Part shown: piece by piece, positions 1-8,172 of the stretch
Position numbering within the stretch: position 1 is the first letter of the stretch
How the letters are laid out: each line of letters opens with the position of its first letter
NCBI GenBank assembly: GCA_964648855.1
Contig: CAZYLT010000018.1
Span: 4,179 to 36,178, forward strand
Source of the DNA: an uncultured archaeon
Lineage (GTDB): Archaea; Asgardarchaeota; Thorarchaeia; Thorarchaeales; Thorarchaeaceae
Direction: 5' to 3'
DNA length: 32,000 nt
Made by a program: the position numbers and the translations under genes
Notes under the pieces: generated by a model
Databases searched by the model: none
Told to the model about the DNA's origin: nothing
What the model saw: the letters and a program-made list of their open reading frames with translations, nothing else

Positions 1-1632
1 CAGTTGACCTATATTGTAAACAATGAGCTGAATGCGATAATGGGATACGAGCAGATGTCATCAGAGCTTCTGCGATTTCACAAGGCGCATGCATACTTTA
101 ATCTTGATGTATTAAAACGAAAAGTAATCAATGAGATACCCCCTTTTTTGCGCTCCGAAGATGTGCTGAATTATTTTCCTGAGGGCACAGGTATCTACGG
201 AAAAGAAACAATGAAGAAACTGCCCTTTAATCTTAAGAGCCGTTTACTAGCAGAAATTCGGGTCATGCTATTTGATGGTCAAGGGAGTATGACCAAGACT
301 GCAGATGCGTATCAAGAGTGGAATGATGAAGTATTTGTTCCTTATTGTGAGAAATTTGACCAGAAACTAGATTCTCTGCGAATGGAGGGATCAAATCAGG
401 ACCTTCTTAATCTGGCAGATGAACTAGATAAGGTCATGATGGCCCATTTCAGTTTAGTACGCTATGGCATTCCCGTACATAACATTGGCATGAATCTGAT
501 GTCAAGCTATTTGTTGCAAAGATTTTTGGGGGAAGACAAAGCTTCTAGGGTATATCCTGTTCTCATTTCCGGCCTTCAACATAAGACGAGTGAAACAAAC
601 AAGGCACTTCACCAATTGGCCGAATCAGCATCGAAGAAACCTTTGGTACGGAGGATAATTTCGGGGTCGGAATCAAGTGATGTTCTCAATTATCTTCGTT
701 TAGATGAGAGCAAAGAGTCTCAACAGTTTCTGGATGAGTTTCATGATTTCATTACCAAGTATGGAGTAAGAGGTTTTACTAGAGAACCGTTCTATCCTCG
801 ATGGAAAGATGATGCGAGTCTGATATTCAATGTCATGAAAAGCCTATTACAAGGACAGTCAAAAGCGAATGGTCGCGATAGAGAGTCAATTCGAAGACAA
901 AGGCAGAATGTGGAAAAGGAAGTAAAAAGAGCTGTCCTCAATCAAAAGTTTGGACGGATTAAATGGACACTCTTCTCAACTATTCTTGGCTTTGCGAGAC
1001 GATACATCTGTTTCCGAGAAGATCAAAGATTCAATTTGGATAGATGGATAACCAGAAACAGAGAATTATTCCTTGAGTTGGGAAAGAGATTCATGCAATT
1101 GGAACTCTTGGAAGTGCCATCCGATGTTTTCTTTCTTAGGAGAAGAGAAATACGCAATCTCATACGCGACCAGCCAGATCAGAAGACAATCAAACAAATC
1201 CGGTCGGTCATGCTTGCCAGAAGACAGGATTTCTTTGAGAATGAAGATAGCACACCGCCTAAATTTCTGGTCGGTAATTCCGAATATGATGACATCGAGG
1301 TTGATACTGAAGAGGGGGTTTTAAGAGGAATCCCCGCAAGTCAGGGCAAGGTGACCGGTACCATTCGGGTGTTGCATTCGATTTACGAAATATCTGAAGT
1401 ACTAGAGGGTGAGATTCTTGTGGTACCAAAAACGGACCCTGGTTGGACCCCCGTATTTGCCAAGATTGGTGGATTGATTACTGAAACAGGAGGAATTCTT
1501 AGCCATGGCGCAGTGGTTTCGAGAGAATACGGTATTCCGGCAATCACTAATATTCGCCACGCTTGTGAAACATTTCAAACTGGACAGACAGTATCAATTA
1601 ATGGAACAAAGGGCTACATACACATCCACTGA
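1..1632 (+). CDS. PEP-utilising phosphohistidine-swivel-domain enzyme, rifampicin phosphotransferase/PigC-like architecture (5'-truncated by the window edge)
   Basis: The frame is open from base 1. The C-terminal swivel domain reads LRGIPASQG..G..RV..GEILVVPKTDPGWTPVF..IGGLITETGGILSHGAVVSREYGIPA with the catalytic His. It is preceded by a helical domain (F..KYGVRG..E..YPRWKDD; RED.RF; DVFFL) typical of RPH-like proteins. No C-terminal PEP/pyruvate barrel. Confidence 0.85.
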   Translation, partial: QLTYIVNNELNAIMGYEQMSSELLRFHKAHAYFNLDVLKRKVINEIPPFLRSEDVLNYFPEGTGIYGKETMKKLPFNLKSRLLAEIRVMLFDGQGSMTKTADAYQEWNDEVFVPYCEKFDQKLDSLRMEGSNQDLLNLADELDKVMMAHFSLVRYGIPVHNIGMNLMSSYLLQRFLGEDKASRVYPVLISGLQHKTSETNKALHQLAESASKKPLVRRIISGSESSDVLNYLRLDESKESQQFLDEFHDFITKYGVRGFTREPFYPRWKDDASLIFNVMKSLLQGQSKANGRDRESIRRQRQNVEKEVKRAVLNQKFGRIKWTLFSTILGFARRYICFREDQRFNLDRWITRNRELFLELGKRFMQLELLEVPSDVFFLRRREIRNLIRDQPDQKTIKQIRSVMLARRQDFFENEDSTPPKFLVGNSEYDDIEVDTEEGVLRGIPASQGKVTGTIRVLHSIYEISEVLEGEILVVPKTDPGWTPVFAKIGGLITETGGILSHGAVVSREYGIPAITNIRHACETFQTGQTVSINGTKGYIHIH

Positions 1633-1647
1633 GAGGTACGGATTTCA

Positions 1648-2613
1648 ATGGAGCGATTGACACACGATATTGGCAATACTGACAAAAACTGGAATGAAAG
1701 CTACTACTTCGTTTTCTATGACAAAGAAAATGAAATTGGTGGCATGAGCAGGGTTGGCTTCAAGCCGAACAAACCTGAAGGGATGACATTCTTCTTTGTA
1801 TTTCTGCCTGATGGGTCTATCGGAGCTTATCATCTGGAGGACAAGGCTGGGAACTATCCCGAAGAGATAGTTGTTGGTGGTGTGACTCATCAGCCTCTCA
1901 AAGATGGTATTTGGAGGTATCACTTTGAAGGGCCCTTGGTTATTTTGGATGAACCAAGGAACCTGCCGAATGTAAGTGAGAACCCAGAGGTCATTTCGGA
2001 CCTCGTTGGAGGCAGAATCGACCTAGACTTTTCTCCAATAAACGAGCCATACGAATACAGTGAGCATATGACGACCAAATCATTGGAATTGGGGAAGAAA
2101 TCCGGCGACAAGCATTGGGAGCAAATTGCACAAGTTAGCGGCAAAATGAGGGTAGGTGAAGAGGAATATATCATTGATAGTGCCATGGCACAGAGAGACC
2201 ATACACATGGCATAAGGGACTGGACGGGTGTTGGAAACTGGTTTTATTTTGTAGTGTGGTTCAGTCCGAATCTGGCAATCAATCCCGCGGCTATAGTGAC
2301 TGATGACGGAGAACTCGGGTCGGGTGGTTTCCTATTCAAAGACGGGACGAATATCCCTCTTCTCGAAATAAATCTCTTGGAGCACAATTTCGAGGAGGAC
2401 GGAGTCTATCCCATCAAGACGGTACTTGAATTGACCGATGCTGATGGAAATGAGCATATTTTGGAGGCAGAGCCAGGGAGGATAATCCCTGTTCCATTTA
2501 CTGAGAGAGATGGAAGGGAGTCAATTCTGATTCAATCCTTCGGGAAGTTCAAACTGGATGAGATAACTGGTGGGTATGGTTCGTACGAGACCCTGCGCAG
2601 ACTTGCTTTGTAA
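1648..2613 (+). CDS. Uncharacterised beta-rich protein (AttH/tocopherol-cyclase-like, DUF7064/7065-type)
   Basis: Motifs WNESYYFVFYD, HWEQ...VSG, and AQRDHTHGIRDW. GAGAGGT RBS-like sequence upstream; 15 bp after the previous stop. Confidence 0.65.
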   Translation: MERLTHDIGNTDKNWNESYYFVFYDKENEIGGMSRVGFKPNKPEGMTFFFVFLPDGSIGAYHLEDKAGNYPEEIVVGGVTHQPLKDGIWRYHFEGPLVILDEPRNLPNVSENPEVISDLVGGRIDLDFSPINEPYEYSEHMTTKSLELGKKSGDKHWEQIAQVSGKMRVGEEEYIIDSAMAQRDHTHGIRDWTGVGNWFYFVVWFSPNLAINPAAIVTDDGELGSGGFLFKDGTNIPLLEINLLEHNFEEDGVYPIKTVLELTDADGNEHILEAEPGRIIPVPFTERDGRESILIQSFGKFKLDEITGGYGSYETLRRLAL

Positions 2614-2711
2614 TCGAGAGATACGACGGATATTAATACCCCAACAAGAACAAGAGGAGATGGCGAATACAGATGTTTGAGATGGTGCAGGAGCCAGGCA
2701 TCGAACGAACA

Positions 2712-3314
2712 ATGTCAAAGACAATCGTCTATGTGGTCAACACAGCAGAACCTGACTATGTGGAAGATACGCTGACAGAGAGGGGCAAAAAGCAGGCACA
2801 CGAACTATTTCGGTCTCGGCTAATTACAGGTCCCGAGGCCATCTATTCGGGTACATCCGGTCCAACTATGCAGACAGCCGATATTGTATCAGCTGATTTT
2901 GGTATTCCTTCTGTAATGATTGAGTGCCTTAGCGATGCCAATTTGGGAGAATCTCATGAATCGATTAGGAATAAAGCGCAGAAAATTCTGGAAATGTTTG
3001 ATGACATTGATTATACCCCCAAAAGCGGGGAGTCGATGAGAGAAGTCCAGTCAAGATTTTCTGAGTGCGTCAATGAGTTGGCAGTGAATCATTCAGGTCA
3101 GAGCATTGTTGTTGTTTGCGGTTCGATACCTTTCATTCTATTCTATAGACTAGTAGTGGGGGGCATTCCTACACAAGACGATTGGCTCAATCTCGGATAT
3201 TGCAGCTGTGCATCCTATGAGTATTCCAATAACGGATGGGCGCTTCTGCTTCCTCCCGATAATACATTTCTCAGCGATCCAACTGCCGTTTCTGATCTTT
3301 ACTCAACCGAATGA
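2712..3314 (+). CDS. Histidine phosphatase (phosphoglycerate mutase) superfamily homologue, apparently catalytically degenerate
   Basis: Fold motifs LTERGKKQA, AIYSG...TMQTA, L.DANLG, P.SGES..EV..R and IVVVC are present. The RHG motif reads NTA and the second His (SHG) reads CGS. Start placed at MSKTIVYVV (ATG 2712); 2673 is an alternative. Confidence 0.75.
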   Translation: MSKTIVYVVNTAEPDYVEDTLTERGKKQAHELFRSRLITGPEAIYSGTSGPTMQTADIVSADFGIPSVMIECLSDANLGESHESIRNKAQKILEMFDDIDYTPKSGESMREVQSRFSECVNELAVNHSGQSIVVVCGSIPFILFYRLVVGGIPTQDDWLNLGYCSCASYEYSNNGWALLLPPDNTFLSDPTAVSDLYSTE

Positions 3315-3319
3315 ATTTC

Positions 3320-3356
3320 AAAAAAAGGAAGAAAAGGGATGTTTCCATCCCTTCTT
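3320..3356 (-). terminator. Hairpin plus U-tract terminator after the large surface protein gene, between convergent genes
   Basis: The minus strand reads AAGGGATG-GAAA-CATCCCTT (8-bp stem, GAAA loop, 3334-3353), followed by TTCTTCCTTTTTTT, just after the stop at 3360. Confidence 0.7.
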
Positions 3357-3359
3357 AGA

Positions 3360-6300
3360 CTACCTTCTGCGACGTGCTAGAACCACTATGATTACAATTA
3401 CAGCCACTAGTCCACCTACCAACACGTAGAGGTCCATGGGACCACCAGGTCGATCAGTTGTATCAGTGGTAGTATCGGTAGTGGTTGTAGTCGTAGTTGT
3501 AGTTGTTCCGGTGGGAGGCGGTGTCTGTTGAGCACTTGTGTAGGACACAAATACTGGGTCGACGTGGACTGCGTGACCATCCCAGTTGACATATCCAGCC
3601 GTCATGAACAGCATCGATGCTTCGATATTCCAGTTAGTGATACTCGCTCCTGATTGAGATTGGAACATGGCACTGAATGCACCAAGTGGAGCAGTTGAGG
3701 AACCTGAGATATACTCCGTAGTGAAGCCATCTCCTCCCCAAGTGTATGGCAAGCCTCCCATTGATACATTGGCGAAGGGACTATTCGCATCTCCAAATGT
3801 GTAGTAGTTAGCCCCAACGCTATCAGCGTTGTTGTCCGCAACAGGTTCGTTTCCTGCCCTGTATTGTGTGCGGGTAGCTGTTCCAAGAACTCCGAAGTAG
3901 TTGACCGCCAGACCGCGGCTATTCAGAACTGAGTTATCAAACTCATTCAGCGACCAATTCCCAATGATCTGGTCAATCTTGAAAGAGGCAGCGTGATTCC
4001 ATGTCTGCTCATCTTCTGCGTCATATTCAACCATATCAACTTGGAAGGTGATGTCAAATGCCATCTCATCGATGGTAGCAGTGCTGATTGCATAGTCGAA
4101 ATTGGTCTGATTGAGACCCATGGCACCATCAGTTGATTGTCTTAAGTCCCAGGGACTTCTTATGCCTTCTGCATTCTGCCTTCTCAAAGGATATATTGTG
4201 ACATTGACATTGTAGATTGATATTCCGAAGTCAATCTCCGTGTCGGGATCTACTACTCGGCTATCATTATCCGCTGTAGAGTCAAATGGTCGTCTAAGCT
4301 CTAGGTCGCCAACGCTGTCTATGAGAACCAGGTGAGTGACCTCTTCTGATTGAACACCCGTTTCCTCAAAAGCAAAGTCTGGAGCATCGGGAGAATCCTC
4401 TGACTCCAAGTCATTGAAAATCAGCATGCCTGCATACTCGGCTCTAAAGATTGCCCATTGCGCTTGGGACTCACTAGTTGTGATATTGAATGCCTGAGAT
4501 GTACCCCAAGCAAACCAAGTATTGCGCCATACCCCGGATTCAAGCTCAGGAATATGACTTAGGTCGATGGTTCGGTTCTTGGACATCCACGCAGTGTATT
4601 GGTAGTCAGGCTTTGGCAGATTCGCCTCTTCATCAGCCCACATCGTATCACGGATTTCTTCCATCTCGCTTGCAGACACAGGCTCTAAGGTGTCCGCGTT
4701 ATACCAGTAGAAGGTTTCGTTGGCTTCAAACTCCATGACCATCTCGACCACGCCCATCCAAGACCGAGAGAAGAACTCATCTCCACTCTCATCTGGTGAT
4801 GGTTCGAAGACTATGTCAACTTGCATACCCTCAATGGTTATGTTGCCCCAGTCCTTCCAATACCCTGTTCGTTTGATGAAGTACTGGTCATCGGTCGTAA
4901 AGGTATTGCCATCTAAGTCGATGGCTCCTTCATCGGTAACTGTCCAAGCCGGGGGTACCCATATCTGCACATCTCCCAGCCTGAAATGGCTCGGACTCCA
5001 AAGTATGTCGTTTGATACATCAATGCGATTGTATTGGTCAATCCAGTCCTCATATTGCTCTGGCTCTAGCCAAGTTGGAAGCACAAAGTGAGTTCCATTC
5101 CAAACTCTCAAATTTTCAATTTGGCCAACAGTCATTCGTGCTCGTTCGAATAGCATATCCTCTGCCTGAGGATCAAAACTGAAATTGATGAAGAGCTTCG
5201 ACATATCTTGTCCCAATTCAAGATTGAAATCATGCACTGTGAGCCGGGTAGTATTGTCAATTTGAAGCCCCCCTGCTTTAGTATCAGTTCCCTTGAAATA
5301 TGCCTGTCTTACGTAAACAGACCACACACTTGCTGAACTGGATTCGAAATCTAGAGTGATGTTGTACGAGGCTCCATATCTCCAGTAGTGTGTTGAATTC
5401 TCGTCATGACCACTTCCAGAAAACTGCAAGGAAACATTAGCTAATTCTTCTGTCACTTGCCATGTGTTGTTCTGCCACTCATATACTGTGGAACCGTTAA
5501 GGAGATTCAATGGCTTATGAATGTACATAGTCAAGTTGAGATACTCGCCCTGTTCACCTTTATTTGCTATATTGCCTTCAGAGTCAAACAACAATGCTTC
5601 AATGAAGCTATCCTTGTAAGAGAGCTTCATAGTCTGCTTGCCAGTGATTTCGGGTCTAGGATTGAGTTTCTCACCCTCTATGTCCTCAACTTTGGCGAAA
5701 TATAGAATTTCACTTGGGTCGATTATTGCACCAGTCTCAAATGGATGTGGATCCATATCAGTGTTATTTGTGAAGTATCCACCCCATCTCAGTCCACGAC
5801 CAAGATTGAATTCACCTGTATAAGTTGCATTCTCAACATAAAATGTGGCTAGGTCAATTGTGGAGTTTAGTTCCATGGTATAGTTCAATAACCAGGCACC
5901 AATTCCTTCTGCAATCTCTGCCCAGTAGAACTCTATCTTTGGATAGCCTGCTTGAACAATCGTATGTGTGGAGTTGTGTACCAAGAACATCTGGGGACCG
6001 AGTTTGTATGCTTTCTCCTCCATCGGTGCATCTGGGTCATACATAGAGTCAGGCCAACCAACAGGTTGAGTGTAGTTCACCCATTGCAGGTAGGACGCAT
6101 TCCACGTTAATGTTGCAAATGGAATGACAGCATCCCCAAACTCGTAATCAGACATCATCCTAACTATGAATGTATCATTGTCATCAACGTAATGGATGAT
6201 TTCACCAGATGGGTCAGTAATTTCAGCATAGTAATACTTTGGTAGGAAGAAGTCTTTTGGATTGATACTGACTCCTACACCGATTGGGGGGGTGACAAAA

Positions 6301-6941
6301 GCACCCGTTTGCAGACGAGATAGCCAAGATGGAGACACAGGACGACCAAGCTGGTCAATGGTGTGCATCCCCGTCCAATAAATTCCCTCTAGTGCAGCTT
6401 GAGTGAAATTCACCGCAAAAACTAATCTATAATAGGCAGTTTCATTCGCATAGCTAGAATCAGGCTCGATGAACTCAAGAAACTCTGCCTCTGATGGTCT
6501 ATCGGAACCCAGTTCAAATCTAGCTGCATATGGGGCCTCCCAGATGTTACTCGTTGCATTGTAGCCCAAAGCAAAGACTGCTTTCTCACTCGGAGTTTCT
6601 GTGTGACCCCAGAATCTGAGCGTGTCCAGAATATTACCTTCACCGAGAAATGTTTTTGGTACCGTGATGTTGATTAAAATCTCGGTTCCCACTTCAACTT
6701 GATAGTGATTTTCGGCAATACTCGTTCCGTTTTCCTCGTAACTGATTACGATAGTTGGTTGTGGTCCAAATAGCCACTCTGAACTCTGTGCTGTATGGCT
6801 GATGTCCTCTGTTTTGTCCTCAACATTCCAGCCGACATAGACGAATGGGTCTTCTGGATCTTGAGCTGAAACAAAGGAACTAGCAGAAATAAATCCAATC
6901 AGCATCAGAGCGATAATTATTGTAGTTGTAATTTTCTTCAT
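3360..6941 (-). CDS. Large membrane-anchored surface glycoprotein (S-layer-like), about 1193 aa
   Basis: Signal peptide MKKITTTIIIALMLIGFISASSFVSA (ATG 6941). Acidic body with many N-x-S/T sequons, then a Pro/Thr-rich linker, a C-terminal TM helix and an RRRR tail. Confidence 0.8.
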   Translation of the reverse strand: MKKITTTIIIALMLIGFISASSFVSAQDPEDPFVYVGWNVEDKTEDISHTAQSSEWLFGPQPTIVISYEENGTSIAENHYQVEVGTEILINITVPKTFLGEGNILDTLRFWGHTETPSEKAVFALGYNATSNIWEAPYAARFELGSDRPSEAEFLEFIEPDSSYANETAYYRLVFAVNFTQAALEGIYWTGMHTIDQLGRPVSPSWLSRLQTGAFVTPPIGVGVSINPKDFFLPKYYYAEITDPSGEIIHYVDDNDTFIVRMMSDYEFGDAVIPFATLTWNASYLQWVNYTQPVGWPDSMYDPDAPMEEKAYKLGPQMFLVHNSTHTIVQAGYPKIEFYWAEIAEGIGAWLLNYTMELNSTIDLATFYVENATYTGEFNLGRGLRWGGYFTNNTDMDPHPFETGAIIDPSEILYFAKVEDIEGEKLNPRPEITGKQTMKLSYKDSFIEALLFDSEGNIANKGEQGEYLNLTMYIHKPLNLLNGSTVYEWQNNTWQVTEELANVSLQFSGSGHDENSTHYWRYGASYNITLDFESSSASVWSVYVRQAYFKGTDTKAGGLQIDNTTRLTVHDFNLELGQDMSKLFINFSFDPQAEDMLFERARMTVGQIENLRVWNGTHFVLPTWLEPEQYEDWIDQYNRIDVSNDILWSPSHFRLGDVQIWVPPAWTVTDEGAIDLDGNTFTTDDQYFIKRTGYWKDWGNITIEGMQVDIVFEPSPDESGDEFFSRSWMGVVEMVMEFEANETFYWYNADTLEPVSASEMEEIRDTMWADEEANLPKPDYQYTAWMSKNRTIDLSHIPELESGVWRNTWFAWGTSQAFNITTSESQAQWAIFRAEYAGMLIFNDLESEDSPDAPDFAFEETGVQSEEVTHLVLIDSVGDLELRRPFDSTADNDSRVVDPDTEIDFGISIYNVNVTIYPLRRQNAEGIRSPWDLRQSTDGAMGLNQTNFDYAISTATIDEMAFDITFQVDMVEYDAEDEQTWNHAASFKIDQIIGNWSLNEFDNSVLNSRGLAVNYFGVLGTATRTQYRAGNEPVADNNADSVGANYYTFGDANSPFANVSMGGLPYTWGGDGFTTEYISGSSTAPLGAFSAMFQSQSGASITNWNIEASMLFMTAGYVNWDGHAVHVDPVFVSYTSAQQTPPPTGTTTTTTTTTTDTTTDTTDRPGGPMDLYVLVGGLVAVIVIIVVLARRRR
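3457..3525 (-). repeat. Low-complexity Thr-codon run encoding the linker TPPPTGTTTTTTTTTTDTTTDTT
   Basis: ACN codon repeats (GTA/GTT/GTG periodicity on the + strand) just before the TM anchor. Confidence 0.8.
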
Positions 6942-7182
6942 TTTTTCATCCCCCGCCAGCAATATTGAGGAGCATACCAAGCGTTGAAAACAAGCGTGCG
7001 AAATCCAGCACTGCACGTACCTGAGTATAGTTGGTACTGCCTTGCTTTAGTATGACTCATCAGTTTGGATGGCGCGTTCATCATAGGAATATTCCTCATA
7101 TCCTCTGATGGAAAAAACTACATGCTGCATGGAATATAGCGATAGTTCCCCTTATGAATGTTGGTTGTTTGTCCAAATTAGA

Positions 7183-8169
7183 TTATCCGGTACTTACAAA
7201 AATCACGCTATCTCTAGTCGTCAAAACCGCCTCACCTTCTCCGTCTAGTAACCGAACAAGGTCGTGTGTTTCAGCGAGGGCTAGAATGAGTGATTCCTTT
7301 GAATACGCACCGTAGAGATTTCTAGAAAGCTCAAAAAGGGTCTGAGGTTTATTCCCAAGCAGATTTTTGGCCCTTCTGAGCTTGTCTCCGTACTCCTGCC
7401 TTAGGTCATTGATCCGGACACCTAAATCAAATAGAGGATATCTATGTCCTGGAAGAGGAATGTAATGAGAGAATGGCTCAATTGCGTCTAGAGATGCAAG
7501 ATACCTCTGCATAGAAATGCCTAATTTGCCCTCAAAGTCAAGACTTGGGTTTGAACTAATCGTTCCAAGAACATGGTCGCCGCAGAAAATAACCTCTCTT
7601 TCATGAACCAGGAAGCAGACCGAGCCCAGTGAATGTCCAGGAGTCCAAATGACACAGATAGGTCCAATGCCGCTTTCAAACTGATGCTCTTCGTTCAGTA
7701 TATTGACCGAATTGACGGACCGCCCGAACTGCCCAAAGTATTTCGCCATTGCTTCTTCTGAAAAATCCGCAACAATCTCTTCCGGAACACCGCTAGAAGT
7801 GATGACATGCAAATATGCCTGCATTCTTGATTCTATATATCCTTCATAATCACTAACACGATGAGAATCCATCTCGTGAATCCACAAGTCTGGTTCTTCA
7901 CGTCCACTATCTCTTACCGCGTCTTGAATTGCTCGAGCATTTCCAGCGTGGTCAACATGGCCATGGGTGAGAAGGATTCTTTCAATCTCCGATACCGAGT
8001 AGCCGGTCCGTCCGAGTTCTTCATCAATGAGTGCAACTCCCTCCTCAAAGTAGGGCCCCGTATCAATGAGCGTCAATGGAGGCCCCTCAATGAGATAGCA
8101 GTTCACATTGCCTACAGGGAACGGTGTTGGAATTTCTATAAGGTGGATTGATTCCAAGATTTCGACCAA
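7183..8169 (-). CDS. MBL-fold metallo-hydrolase (glyoxalase II-like)
   Basis: Motifs VNCYLI, LIDTG, THGHVDHAG, TPGHSLG, GDHVL and LPGH. Confidence 0.9.
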   Translation of the reverse strand: MVEILESIHLIEIPTPFPVGNVNCYLIEGPPLTLIDTGPYFEEGVALIDEELGRTGYSVSEIERILLTHGHVDHAGNARAIQDAVRDSGREEPDLWIHEMDSHRVSDYEGYIESRMQAYLHVITSSGVPEEIVADFSEEAMAKYFGQFGRSVNSVNILNEEHQFESGIGPICVIWTPGHSLGSVCFLVHEREVIFCGDHVLGTISSNPSLDFEGKLGISMQRYLASLDAIEPFSHYIPLPGHRYPLFDLGVRINDLRQEYGDKLRRAKNLLGNKPQTLFELSRNLYGAYSKESLILALAETHDLVRLLDGEGEAVLTTRDSVIFVSTG

Positions 8170-8172
8170 TAC

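Noticed and set aside
1-1632. Calling the first ORF PEP synthase (ppsA) or pyruvate phosphate dikinase
   Set aside because: The His-swivel domain is at the extreme C-terminus and no PEP/pyruvate-binding barrel follows it.
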